From Amoebidium appalachense (Eukaryota; Protista; Ichthyosporea): 64,000 nucleotides of DNA. The stretch spans positions 1,101,979 through 1,165,978 of the forward strand of contig CAVNZM010000007.1 of assembly GCA_963693365.1 (NCBI GenBank), in the 5' to 3' direction. Position numbers and translations under genes: made by a program. Numbering within the stretch: the first letter of the stretch is position 1; each line of letters begins with the position of its first letter. Below the pieces are notes generated by a model that was given only the letters and a program-made list of their open reading frames with translations, ran no database searches and had not been told where the DNA came from. Positions 25,145-53,074 of this stretch are shown here, piece by piece.

Positions 25145-26437
25145 TCAAGGATATTGGCTAAACCACAAATACCGCGTAGAGTTGATATGCCCCACCACCA
25201 ACCCATCATCGGATGCCACAGTCACTACAAACCCATCCCCCTCCACCCTCACCTCTGGCCTACGCAAGCCACACCACCCGCCCAAATATTCTCGATTGAG
25301 CCCCCCTTGACCCACCAATGCATCCAAATTTCCAATAAACCCCGTTCCATACAATGCCTTATACGTATATTCTGACTTGTACACATCAACTAAAACCCTT
25401 CTCATTGGAAATGTTTCATCTATAACAGCATTTTCACCGATTGAAGCAACCCCGCCTACCTCTTCTTCTATTGGTTGGTTTTCACCATGATTGCTTTCCA
25501 TTGGAGGAATCGGGAGATCTTTCCAGAACACAACGTACCCCCACCTTTCGGGCATATGCATATTGACAACACCCATAGGCTGCCAAACCCAATTTTCCTC
25601 CCTTTTACCTGGGGTTTTATAGAAATATTTCGTCCCATCGGGGCGGGTTCCCTTTTCCACATGCCACTGTACCCGCGAAAAGTTGATTCGCCACATATCA
25701 TTCGCTTTCACTGGATATCTCGCAGCATGCAAATTTTCAGGTCCATCTCCCGGTATTGTCTCATATTTCGCAAGTTCTTCCAAGGGCAGTGCAATTTCAA
25801 CTGTCCATCCTTTGCATTCAATTTCCGGGTTATCCAAATCCCCATCGGCTTTCGTCGCAACTTTCACACCCGGGCGCATATTCCACCAATCCACTCCAAA
25901 TTCCTTTGCCGAATTTGTGCAAATATCCGGTTGTAACGTCGTTGTGTTGCACACAGCCGGACCACCGTTTAGATATGCATGCACCAGTAGGAGATTCCAC
26001 GAAATCCCCCTTGCGTTCACCTCAAACTCCTTGTAAAAGACGTTATCTCCGCTCGGATCAATAAATATCTCAAAATCATTATCCTGAAAAACAACCGTTT
26101 GATCTTCTGTCACGTTTGCCCAGCACTCATTATCCTCCAGATGTGCCCCCACATACAGAAATTTCGCGTCCCACAACATTTTCACCCGCGTTTTGTGATA
26201 TGGTTTTGGCGCCAAATTTCCTTGGATATCCGAAAATTCATCCGACCAACTCGCTTTCTCCCATGCTCCCTCACTCAAATCCCCATCTATGTCAATAGTT
26301 TCCCCATCCCCAAGTAAATTTGCGTAATACATTTTAGGAAAGCCATCGTAGCAACTCTGGTCTGGTGGTGAGAGCAAAATACGGGCATATCCACTCCCAG
26401 CCGCCATGAAAAAAAGGGTGGCCGTAAATAAAGCCAT
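25145..26437 (-). CDS. Secreted carbohydrate-binding family 9-like (CBM9/DOMON-like) protein, 430 aa, intronless
   Basis: Long complex ORF with a signal-peptide-like N-terminus. Motifs IDGDLSE.AW, TRVKMLWD..FLYVGA, DNDFEIFIDP, YKEFEVNA, GWTVEIALP, WRINFSRVQW, ENWVWQP.GVVNMHMPERWGYV.F. Confidence 0.85.
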   Translation of the reverse strand: MALFTATLFFMAAGSGYARILLSPPDQSCYDGFPKMYYANLLGDGETIDIDGDLSEGAWEKASWSDEFSDIQGNLAPKPYHKTRVKMLWDAKFLYVGAHLEDNECWANVTEDQTVVFQDNDFEIFIDPSGDNVFYKEFEVNARGISWNLLLVHAYLNGGPAVCNTTTLQPDICTNSAKEFGVDWWNMRPGVKVATKADGDLDNPEIECKGWTVEIALPLEELAKYETIPGDGPENLHAARYPVKANDMWRINFSRVQWHVEKGTRPDGTKYFYKTPGKREENWVWQPMGVVNMHMPERWGYVVFWKDLPIPPMESNHGENQPIEEEVGGVASIGENAVIDETFPMRRVLVDVYKSEYTYKALYGTGFIGNLDALVGQGGLNREYLGGWCGLRRPEVRVEGDGFVVTVASDDGLVVGHINSTRYLWFSQYP

Positions 26438-26531
26438 GGTTGAAAGTTGAGTGAAGGGGGGATTTATGTTGTGATGCAGCGACAGAACCTGTGTGGAGAT
26501 GAGGGGAGGGTCAGGCTGTGGGGAATATACT

Positions 26532-26566
<35 letters not shown>

Positions 26567-26680
26567 GAAGAAAAATCAACGAGTAAATACACAGATCGTT
26601 GATGATCAAACATTACTCATGGCACGCACTGTGTCAGACAGTGAACATGCAAACATGCCTCCCCCCCCCCCCCCCCCCAA

Positions 26681-26712
<32 letters not shown>

Positions 26713-26848
26713 GGGGGGGGGGAAGGGGGGACATTGGTATGTGTGTGCGTGTGTCTGTGCGGGAACGGTTGTAACTTTGTTTGCTAATGCAGGTAGAGCG
26801 TATGGAGAGTCAGCCTGCCTCAGAAAGGAGGGGTCTGGATCGGGGCGG

Positions 26849-26881
<33 letters not shown>

Positions 26882-27591
26882 TGGGGAGAGAGCAGAGAGA
26901 AGGGGAGGGGTAGGGAGAGAGGATGGAAAATCGAGAGAGGGCAAGTGACCAAGGGATAGCCAAAAAGAGAAAATGTAAGTGGGAAAGTGTGGGTGTGTAT
27001 AAGTAACTGAGTGCTTGGAGGCAGTGAGGAAGAGAGTGAAACGGGGGTAGGAAGAAGTGGATTGTGGGCGAAGGGAGGGGGGGGGGGGGGGGGGGGGGGG
27101 GAGAAAGGGGGTAGGGAGAGTGAGAGAGTACTCTCTATATACAAAAGGGAGGGAAGGGGCGGAGCGAGAGATAGAGAATGGGAGGGAAGGGGACAGGGGG
27201 GCGAGGGGGGAGGGAGGGGGGGGGGGGGAAGAGTTGAATGCATCATCAAGTACGTACTTGAGTACACGCTCACAACGGGCAACACCATGCAGAGTGCAAC
27301 CCACACATACAGAGAGAGGAGGGGAAGGGGGGGGGGGGGGGGGAGGGGGGGAGGGGGGAGGAAGGGAAGAAGTGCAGGGGGGAGCAAGAGATGAAGGGAG
27401 GGGGAGAGAGGGACGAAGTGTGTACGTGTGTGTGTGTTTGTGTGTGTTTATGAGTGTGTGTAGGCTCAAAGAGCCACTAAATCCTCTCTTTCTCTCTACT
27501 CCCTCTCTCTTTGTTTCTCCGTTTCTCTTCCCCTCCCCCCTCCCTCCCCCCTCTCTTTCTCTTTATCTCTCCCTCCCCCCTCCCCCATCTA

Positions 27592-27625
<34 letters not shown>

Positions 27626-28190
27626 CCTCCCCCCCCCCCCCCCCCCCCCGCACACCTGCCCCCACTTCCCCTTCTCTCCTGTGTCCGTGCATGCGCACCG
27701 TCACGCGTCTGTGTGCTTCTGTGTGCCCATACCAAGGCCTGTTGTATCTAGGAGGCCTTGGCCCATACCCACACACTTGTGCATTTCAAAAGCAGGGGAG
27801 AGATCAGGAGGGTTGCCAAAGGAAAGAACCAGTTAGCAGTGCAGTACTAAGTTACCCCCAACAACATGGCATAACGAGTCCCGGACAGCACGGAGAAATT
27901 GAATGTACAAACAACTGCCAAGTGGGGAGAAAAGCAGAGTGAAAAAAGGAAAACACCAGAGGGAAGACGATATTGATGATAAGTAGGCTTTAGACATCAG
28001 CAAAACGGATGACACATGGCGGCAGATGATGATGATCAATTATTCCAAGCAGAAGCAATAGAAAGCCGAAGGAGCAAAAAGGGGTGGTTGGAGTCCGTGC
28101 ATCCATGTGACATTTTTTGTGTGTTATTGTGTGATGGAAAGAACGGAAGGCTAAGGAGGGGAAGGGGGGAGGGGTTGGTGATGGGCTCCC

Positions 28191-28232
<42 letters not shown>

Positions 28233-29792
28233 AGGGGGGGGGGGGGGGGGGGGGGGGGATAGAGAAAAAGAGGGAAGAGAAAAGGAAAGGGGTGGGAAGA
28301 GAGAGAGAGAGAGAGAAAGAGGGAGGGGGGAGAGGGAGGGTTGAGGGAGGCGGAGAGATAGAGGGTTGGGAGGGGGGGGGGGGGGGGGGAGAAGGCAGGG
28401 GGAGAGAGGAAAAGGAAGAGGGAGAGAGAAAGAGAGGGGGGAGGGGGGGGGGGGGGGGAGAGAGAGAAAGAGAGAGAGAAAGGAGAGTGAGTGAGTGTGT
28501 GTGTGTGTGTGTGTGTGTGTTGTATGTGTGTGCGCGCACATGGGTGTTTCGCGTACGTGTTTGGCTTAAGGCGATGGAAGCAGTGAAGCAAAAAAAGCAA
28601 CAGAGCATCAAAGAGCCAAATACAAAAGAAAGGGAACCCAAAGCAAGTGCGGTTGGGCTTGGTGGTTGAGGAAGGACTGGCAGACGAGGAGGAAGGGGGG
28701 AGAAAGGGGGGGGGGGGGGGGGGGGGGGGGGAGGAGGTGGGGAAGAAGGGGGAGGGAGGGGGGGGGGGCAATTACCCACCGGCAATTGACTGCGGAGAAC
28801 AATGCTGGATGTAACGCCAGCCAACTAGCCCGTAAGAATTAGCCACCTAGGAGGGTCCCGCTGGTCGTGCATAAATACAGTCTTCGACAACAGATATACT
28901 AAAATCTCAGAGAAGCCACAAGAAGACAGCACTCAAAATCAAAGGGCTTTGAGAGAAATATACAAGCTCGTCCGGCAAAGGCACAAACTTCGTGCTCAAA
29001 GTTTTTTTGTTCATTGCATCGCGTGGTTGGGGAACGCCGGCAAATCCTTTATTTTAAAGTCGAGTCATAACTGGATAAAACTGCGATTTGTCTGAGCATC
29101 TGTAGATTATATTTTTAAAATATAAGACCTCTCTGGCAAAATCACGTGGCACCAAAGTAGCACAGACCTGTTACGCAACCGCCGATTTGTGTGAAGGCCT
29201 CCTACAAGAGCTACTGAGGCCTTGTTTTGTGTGCCGTGTGACATGCAAGGCCTCCTGGGAGATTTAAGAGGCCTTGGTGACATGTGTGGGGAGTGAGGGG
29301 GAGAGATTTTGTCAGTGATGATACCGACACGTAGCCCGTGCCAGTGGAACCTGAACACGAATTTGAAAGAGACTTGCATTCACACCAAAAAAAAATCACA
29401 CGAGCTCGGTACATCACGTTGATATCATAACCATTTAGCCACCAAACTACAACACCGAGGTCGAGGGGTCAGCCCCAAGGGACATACATACGTAAATATA
29501 AATGCATACATCTACGGCCTACATTTTAGCTAAAATGCACAATCAATTTTTATCCACCATCCCCTCTCATGATCACTCTCCAAATTATTTTTCAACCGTC
29601 GTATCATACAGAAACAAACCCTGCCAAGGTATTCTCTATATACCGATAGGTGTGCACGTCAATGATTTTTACAGGTCATGCATTTCAGCATTCATAAAAA
29701 GCACAAACACCACCATCACCGCCACACACCGTAGATTACACATCCACACTCGATGGACTAACTCGTGATCCATTGTCGATATGCGAGACAAC

Positions 29793-29823
<31 letters not shown>

Positions 29824-29913
29824 ACATATCCCACAAACCCCCCCCCCCAAAAAAAAAGAAAAAGAAAACAAAAAGCAAAGAAAGAAGCAGAAAATCGACC
29901 CCTGCCGGAGGAC

Positions 29914-44478
<14,565 letters not shown>

Positions 44479-44845
44479 ACTGACTGATATAATCTATGCC
44501 TTAGTATATTAGTTCCGAACCTCTGCGAGAGCGCGCAACATATAGCGCAACGGTATATTCATTGTTCGTACCACTCTTATAGTGGCACTACGGTGTTGTT
44601 TGGTGTTGTGAAGGGTTTGCGCTGTTTCCCTGAAGTCGCCGGACAGAGCGCCCATCAGCGCCCATCCATGTCCAAGTGGATTCACTTGGGTCTCGAGGCG
44701 CTTGTGTGTGTGTTTTCCTCCTTCGAAATTGCTGTTCGACAGTCGCTGTTCGGCATTCGCTGTTCGGGGCGCCCGACTTAGCAGTGCCCGACTCAGCTGC
44801 CCGACTCGGTGCTTGGATCGGCGCCTACGTATACTATTGTTCGGA

Positions 44846-45560
44846 GGCGAGCGCTTCGAAGCGTACAAGTGCTTAGAGGCGCGCAAGTGCTTCGGAGCCG
44901 GCGCGCGAGTGCTTCGAGACGCTCGAGTGCTTCGAGGCGCGCAAGTGCTTCGAGGCCGGTACTTCGAGTGCTTCAAGGCGCGCGACAGCGGGAGTTCTTG
45001 GAAGCGCGCGAGTTCTTCAAGGCGAATGCTTGAAGCGAGCGCGTGTTTCGAAGCGCGCGAGTGCTTTGAGGCGCGCAAGTACTAGTGCTTCGAGGCGCGC
45101 GAGGCGCGAGAGTTCTTGAAGGCGAGGGCTTGAAGCGAGCGCTTGAACGTTTCTACAGGCACAGTAGTGCTCGGAATGAAGTTTTTTGAGGGCCCACAAG
45201 TACTCCGAAGGCACGCGATTGCGTCGAATATTCCAAGTGTGCCCGTGATTAAAGGCGCACAAGTGCTTCCAAGCGCCCGGAGTGCTTTGAGGCGCGCGAG
45301 TGCTTCCAAATGCAGGAGCGCTCTATGTCATCAGATGTGCTCGAGGCGCGCAAGTGCTTCGAAGGCGCACGAGTGCTTGCGTGCAGGCTGCTTGGATCGG
45401 ATCCCTATTCCCGCGAGTACTCCGAGTCGGCCGGGTATTACTGGGCGGCATACAAGTCTTGGGATGTCTTAGTTCGGCATACTTGAAGGCGCGCGAGTGC
45501 TTGGAGACGCGCGGATGGGATTTCAAAGCGCGCGAGAGCGGCCGCGACTTGCGAGGCGCT
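44846..45560. repeat. Degenerate CpG-rich 18-bp minisatellite (consensus about GCGCRAGTGCTTCGAGGC) upstream of MORC
   Basis: Repeated GTGCTTCGAGGCGCGC units over about 700 bp; periodic 'ARVLRG' in the ORF track reflects the 18-bp unit. Confidence 0.9.
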
Positions 45561-46036
45561 GCGATTGAGTTCTTTTTTCGTTAAGAGGGCCGTGGTTCTT
45601 GGACGGGATTTTGACGCGCGCCAGCGCGCCGGCCGCGGAGTGCACGCCGCGAGATTCGCCGCGAGTGCTTGGGCCGGCGCCGGCCGGACTACAATTTGAG
45701 GACCCCCTAGATCAAACCTTGGTCTCCTAGATCAAAGCCTTGCTTGGAAGACCAATGCACCCCTATCGCTTGATCGGCGCGGAAGTGAGCGTGACGTCCA
45801 TGAAAGTGGCGATGACGTCATTGATAGATCGAATTTTGATATTTGACCAGAAACGTTGTAGGGTATCCCTAGGTTCAAGGCCAAAACCGTATATCCAAAT
45901 GTATATATTCATATGTCTCTCACTGACTAAAAAAGCAGTTTGCTTTTCTGTTCCAAAACGTATGTATGTACATCGATGTAACAAATTCAAATGTAATAGC
46001 TTCAGAAATGGTTAAACTCGTAAACCTGTACCCCAG

Positions 46037-46128
46037 TATCTAGTCACTCTGAGTGCTTTCTCCCTGCGGCCTCTCTAACATACCTTGGGCTTTTTTGATT
46101 TTGAAACGGGGAGGGGGGTAGTAGTAAG

Positions 46129-46195
<67 letters not shown>

Positions 46196-46350
46196 ACCAC
46201 CAGGGGGGACCTCAGTACTTACTACTGCCCACCCCCCCATTTCAAATTCAAAAATGCCTTGTATTTTGCCGCAGCGAGCCGCATTGTAGTAGTGTTCGGC
46301 CATCCACGGTGATTATAAGCCAGTGGGTACAAAGCCTTGGAGACTAGCTA
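46037..46350. mobile_element. Candidate MITE (314 bp)
   Basis: Short TIR TATCTAGTC / GACTAGCTA flanked by a 9-bp direct repeat GTACCCCAG (46028-46036) / GTACCCCAA (46351-46359). Confidence 0.4.
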
Positions 46351-46771
46351 GTACCCCAAGTGAATTTTTATAACTTAACCTCCCAATTACGGTATATGTC
46401 AGTCACTAAACTTTTATTCGTGTATCTACTTCAGGAGTCGTTCACTCTCCAGAGCCTGCCACGTGTAACACACACCACGGAACCTTTTTGTTGGCATTCC
46501 AGTGTGGCCATGATGATGTATTGTTGTGCCTGCTATTGCCTGATTAGTATTGTGATACAATACAACGGAGCCCGCCCCTAACATTGTCGTTTTAAACCAT
46601 CAGCGAAATATTGTTGATGTTTCAGTTCAACCCTTATCGATCAGATAGATATACTTTAAAAGTGGGCCATACATTTTTTTTTAAGGCATACTATTAGTAT
46701 TCATGCAGCAATACCCAACATCGGTTCATATGACACTGACTGCTAGGCTAAACTTATCCGGCACTGCAATT

Positions 46772-46805
<34 letters not shown>

Positions 46806-47125
46806 ACCTGCCAACCCACCCTCAACGGGATCGTATCCTGACCATGATGCACCAGTCTTAATTTGCATAGAATTACTGTCGTGCATCATGAAATTGTTAT
46901 TGAATTTCCAAAAAATTACACACGCAAAGGTTCAGTCTCAGAGCCTCTATCTTTATTTGCTTTTTGCGCTGGAAAGGCCACAAGACCCTTGAGCCGTGTG
47001 ACTGGGAAAGTGTCTTGATTTTCTCACTGCAATAATCTTAGTCGGCCATGATACTCTTCTTTGTTGAAGTGCATGTGAATGCGTATGCAGCAATCACAGG
47101 TACACAGGCACACGCACACACACAG

Positions 47126-47157
<32 letters not shown>

Positions 47158-47407
47158 CCGGTCATACACGTTTGTGCACACGCACGCTTACACGAAACGC
47201 GTTATTAAAGATGAATCGGGGCATCTAGAGTGACTCCAGATGTTAATACACTAGCAGTGGTCGTTAGTTACGACAGGGAAGTAACGAAGGAACTGGTTGG
47301 TCTGAAAGGTTACTAAGTAGTAAGAGCAATTGCCAATTGCAACGGAAGTAACATGTACAACAGAGAGAGCCTGAAGAGGGGGGCCCAACCAGACCGGCAG
47401 AAACTTT

Positions 47408-47826
47408 GACTTGCACTGCAGAATTATTCTGCGAAACTTTATTGTTCTGCAAAAAGCGGATTTATTTTGTAAAAAGCATAATTATTCTGTGAAAGTGGAA
47501 TTATTCTGCAAAGAGCGGATTTACTCTGCAAAAAGCAGAATCACTCTGCTTTTAGCAGAATTATGCTGTTTTTATAAGAATTTAATTTATTCATTTAGCA
47601 AAAAGCAGAAGCATTATTCTGCTTTCGACTTTAATTCATCTTTTAGCAGACTAATTCTGCTTTCAGCAGATTTGATTCTGCTTTTTTAGCAGATCGATTC
47701 TGCGTTTGCAGTATAATAAAAAGCAGAATCATTCTGCTTTTGTGGTATTATTCTGCTTTTACTGAGTATTTCTGCTTTTAGCAGAATAATTCTGCTTTTT
47801 GCAGAATAATTCTGCTCGGAGCAAGT
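47408..47826. repeat. Foldback-like element built from about 20-bp quasi-palindromic GCAGAATTATTCTGC units
   Basis: The left half reads AAAAAGCAGAATTATTCTGC-like and the right half GCAGAATAATTCTGCTTTTT-like. The ends ACTTGC.../...GCAAGT are inverted. Confidence 0.75.
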
Positions 47827-47909
47827 TGACTCAGCCGATGTGGTTGGGCCCTAGCAGGGGGCCATCTCGGGGTTCGAGGGGTATCATGATGTGTGTGTGT
47901 GTGTGTGGT

Positions 47910-47942
<33 letters not shown>

Positions 47943-48014
47943 GGAAGGGGCAAAGGTGGGGACGGGAGGGCGGGGACGGGTTGGGTGGGTGGGGGGGGGG
48001 GGGGGGGGGGGGGG

Positions 48015-48087
<73 letters not shown>

Positions 48088-49496
48088 AGTGTCGAGATCA
48101 AAGGGTCTCAGGTCCGCGGTTAACATTGGTATATAGACTATGAGTCGTATGGCTCAAAGTTTTTTTTATTAAATTAGCAGAGCCTTCGGGTCTTCCTCCG
48201 GAGGAGAGGCCGGGGGAAGGGAGGGGGGGGGGGGGGGGGGGGGGGGAGGGGGGGGGGAGGGGGGGGGAGGGGGGGGGGCACAAGTGGAGTTACCACAACC
48301 TCTGAGCCCATGTGGATTAGAGTGTCAGCCCGGGGGGAGAAAAAGGGGAGGGGGAGGGGAGGGGGAGGGGAGGGGGGAGGGGGCGGAGGGGGGGGGGGGG
48401 GGGGGGAGGAGCCGGAGGGGGGAGGGCGGTGGGGTGCACGTTCAAATCCCAGGCCAGATTATAATTACGTGCCCATGGCATGTGTGTGGCCCATCTTAAT
48501 TTGGCCACTGGCAACTGGCAAGTTTTGTAAATGATGATTGTGTGTCGCAATCCGAGTGTGTATGGGTGTGTGTGTATGTGTTTGTGTGCGCTTGTATATG
48601 TGTGTGTGCCTCGATGTGTGATGTGCATTTGTGTTTGTGTGTGTGTGTGCGTGTGCGTGTGCGTGTGCGTGTGCGTGTGCGTGGGTGTGTGTGTGCACAC
48701 ACGTGCGTATGTGTACGTGCTCGCATGCACGCGTTTGTGTTTGTGTACCTGTGTCACTGTGTCACATAGTGTGTGCACAGTGGGAGCCGGGCTCCGAGTG
48801 GGGGAATGTGTTTATGTTTGTCAATGTGTGTGTGTGTGTGTGGGGGGGGGGGGTTGGGGGAGGGGGGGGGGGGGGGGGGGGGTGGTTATCATCGCACCGC
48901 ATCATGATGATGGATCTGCACCTGTGTATCATCAATATTATACTGCCGCCTGTCCGTTGATGATGTGTAGTTCTGGAGTTTCGTTTGTTAGTACGCCAAG
49001 GCCTAAACGAGGCCTTGTAGTACACACATTTATGCTGTTTTAGTGTCTGTTTGTATTGACTCCTGTGTGTGCCACTGAGGGCACCGTGTCTCAGACTGAG
49101 TGCTACGGTGCCACAGCGCATGTGAGTGCCACAGGGTTTGTGTGCGTGTGTGCGTTGTGCGTGTGTGTGTGTGTGCGCGCGCGCGCGTGTGTGTGTGTAT
49201 GTGCGCGTGTGCGTGTGCGTGTGCGTGTGCGTGTGCTTGTGCGTGTGCGTGTGTGAGCGTTTGTGTTGCGTGTGCGTGTGCATGTGCGTGCGCCACGGTA
49301 CAGGTGCCATGGTGTGTGCGTACGTGCATGTGTGTGTGTGTGTATGGATGTGTGTATGTGTGTGTGGGGGGGGGGGGGAGGGAGGGGGGGGGCGTGTGTG
49401 CGCACAATGTGTGTGTGTACGTGCGTGTGTGTGTGTATGTGTGTGTGCACGTGTGTGTGTGTGTGTGTGTGTGCATATGTGCGTGCGTGCGTGCGC

Positions 49497-49670
<174 letters not shown>

Positions 49671-49862
49671 GTTGGTCCCCTTGCCTCTGCTTGGACAAAG
49701 CACGCTTTATTCTGGCGACGTATATTCAGGGGAATGGTTTCGGAGATATCTCGGATGAGACAAAGGGGCCATCAGGCAGTATAACGGGGGGTTGGTTGTG
49801 TGGCAGCCCCCCATTTGGGGCCCAGACCCGTATGAATAGGTTGATGGTGATCGGGGTTATGT

Positions 49863-50062
49863 CTTCACTTTCACTTCGATCTCTTAGCTGTCACGTCAAC
49901 TGTTTTTCCCGATTCTTCACCATGGCAGGTATATAAAGGCTTTCGTTTTTTCTTTTTGTGGGACTTCACTTTCACTTCGATCTCTTAGCTGTCACGTCAA
50001 CTTTTTTTCCCGATTCTTCACCATGGCAGGTATATAAAGGCTTTCGTTTCTTCTTTTTGTGG
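49863..50062. repeat. Two-copy 101-bp tandem duplication
   Basis: CTTCACTTTCACTTCGATCTCTTAGCTGTCACGTCAACT...TTCTTTTTGTGG starts at 49863 and again at 49964. Confidence 0.9.
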
Positions 50063-51106
50063 TGAGAGGGAGTCCCACTCAGGGGAACGTGACTGCAGCG
50101 TGTGTGTGGTGTTGCCTGGTGTATTCCTACTGCTGTGAGAGTGTGGGGGCATCTCCCTTTCGCGGAGTTTCTCGCTTCAAGAGAAGTGGTTTCTTCAACG
50201 CCTGGTGGTCCACTGCAGCCTATGGTAACTTCTACACGCTGTCTACGCTTCTACGCGATCTATTGGCGGTGGGCTGCTGCAACTTCTTCAGCTACTTCTG
50301 CGCTGCGTGAGTGGAGGGGAGCTTTCCAAGTGACTGCCAGTCCTTAGCCTCCAGTCGTATGGCAATGACCGGGTTTGCTTGCATGCATTCTGTAATTGTG
50401 TTTTTCTGTGTGTCCTGCCACAACTAGGCCACCTTATCAGAGAGCTAGATGCAGTTTCTCCGGGTTATCTATAGGGGCCAGGCCCGTTGGGATTGATCTT
50501 TAGCTCAGATTTGGTCTGCATTGCTCTTTTAGAGGCTGACTTGCTTGCTGTGCCTCGGTAGGTTTTGAGGGGGGCCTGTTGGGAAGCAGCAGTAATGATG
50601 TCTTCTTGCGGAGTGTGGTCTGGTCAACATCGATGCATATGACTAGTTGGAGCAAACTAGTTTCACGCATACACGTACACTTAAGGTTTTGCCCGCTGGT
50701 GTCCTTTGTCACTTGTCGCTTTATTTTTATTTCGTAGCTTTGGCTTTTTCAGTTCTATTGGTGGGTATGTAGCCTGTGGCTGCACATTGCCTTCATCAAC
50801 GGATCAATAAAACCGAGTCAAAAGAAAAAAAATGTTTTCAAGCGGCAAAGTTTCCGATAGTATCAAATATCGTGCACGTGTTTTTAGAGGTCTATGTAAG
50901 CGATCTCCCTATGGGGTTTACGCTGTTTACTCGAGGCAAAGAGAAACCAGTCTCAGGTATGGGGGGGGTTTTGCTCGGAATATCCCCTCAGCGGTATATC
51001 ATGATCACGTACATAGATGTCGGGTGATGACTATATATCAGGGTTTACTTTCTCTACGAGACACCATAAAGACTACAAGGAGAAATCAATTAGTTGGGGT
51101 GCCCCG

Positions 51107-51139
<33 letters not shown>

Positions 51140-51170
51140 GGGCTCCTCTGGGACACTCGGTATCAGCTGG

Positions 51171-51231
<61 letters not shown>

Positions 51232-52331
51232 TGTGTGAGAGTGTGTGTGTGTTTGTGTGTGTGTGTGCGCGTGCGCTAGAATTTTGTAGTGATGTGTTTC
51301 TCAAGCCAATCAATACATCTAATAAACAGGTCGTACCTAGGGCTTCGTACGGACCTGCTTGTTTGTGTGTTCGTTCCAGCACATCCGGGGCAAGCCGTTT
51401 GCTCAGCATATAAATCATGATATGAACTGCAGTTTTCTTCCAAGCGCTTTATTATTATTTTTCCATCTATTTTCCTTTTTTTCTCTTTTCTTTTTCTTTT
51501 TTTGTTGTATTATGACGCATCTGTACCTTGCTGCCGGCAAAAAAATGGTGCGCAGTTGATGCTAGAATTATATAGCTAGAATTGCCTCTGACCCGACCCG
51601 GCCCGAAAAGCTAAAAGAAACCCGCTTTACCACCTTAATTGTGCTTTTCCATATGGAATCTGGAAAAACATACCGTTACGATTATGTACGATTGAGTCTC
51701 AGGCAGTAATTATAAGGGATTCCAGTAATTCAGTGTACTCTAAAGGGGGCTTCATTTAGGCCGATTTATGAACCTTTTTGGCAGACTGAGTGCAGACCGA
51801 AGCACCGTTTGGCACAGCGGCCGGCCCGCATCTCGCTAATCACAAAGCCTAGATCTCGCTTTCGGGTCTGACCTGACCCGGATTCCAAAAAAGAGACCCC
51901 CTTTGATTACAGTTTGTACCGTGACAGCGCTTACGGTTTGTGGCAGTGCACGACGCGTGCATGTGTGCGCATACCTGAACCATGTGATTTTGCCAAATGA
52001 TTGGTGCACGTGCACTTAATCGACAACTATCAGAGACTTTGTCTGGGGTAACCTCTGTGCCCAGGCTGAGCAACGTGCTCACCGTACGCGTTGATATTGC
52101 TGTCATTGAAGAACTGTTGTGCAACTGAGCTCAAAAGAAGCCTTTGAGGACAAGCAGGAGGTGTGTGTCTCAGTGTGTGTGTGTGTGTGCGTGCGCGCGT
52201 GTGTATGCGTGTGTGCGCAAGCGTGTGTAAGTGCAATTAACGAAGTTGGCGGGCGGTTGGATATTTAAGGGAGGGTGGGTGGGTGGGTGGACAGTAGATG
52301 GGTGGGTGCACGTGGGGGGGCATTTTTTTTT

Positions 52332-52408
<77 letters not shown>

Positions 52409-53074
52409 GGAGCAGAGAGTTGAATGAGCATGCCCATTCATTCATTCATCAAAGTTTAGAGGGAATCCTTCGAGGCCCATGCCACAGGGCTTGCCCGCTT
52501 CTTAAAACATACACAGTGATTATAACTATACCGAGATTCAAGGATGATTTACATGAACATAGCAGGATAATGAATATTCTATCCTGCCTAATCACTGGGG
52601 AACATTTTCCCTGATACCACAGTTATGCTGAATTTACCTTGCGCAAGGGAATTCGTACGTGAGCTACATAACAAAGTGAAAAGGCTATATTAGCGCTCTT
52701 GTCAACGATTTCTTATTGCGATAATCATTGATGTGCACGGGTGGCCTGTGTGTGTGTGTGTGTGCGCGCGCGTGCGCGTGTGAGTGCGCGCGTGCTTGTG
52801 TGTGTGTGTGTGTGTGTGTGTGCGTGCGCGTTTATGTGTGTGTATCACGGTGTGTGTGTGGAGTGTCTTGCCCCAATCAAGGTATGCGTACTGCAAACAT
52901 AGAACTTCGAGCAACAGCATTTTCAAGTCGATCAATCACTATGGTGCCACCCTAATTACCAACCGAGAGTCTTCGGCTATGATACCATATACATAGCTTA
53001 GTACTAAGCCAATTAAAACCCTTCATTCGCAACTGCATCAATGGATAAATACGCAAAAGTTCAAAAGTTCGTAA

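Noticed and set aside
27780-29100. Coding-like complex blocks between the CBM9 and MORC genes
   Set aside because: Stops occur in all frames and no recognisable motif was found; at best an unidentifiable relic.
49700-50720. Possible retroelement relic (VDHQALK resembles a Gypsy RNase H motif)
   Set aside because: The motif is isolated among stops, with no RT, integrase or LTR evidence.
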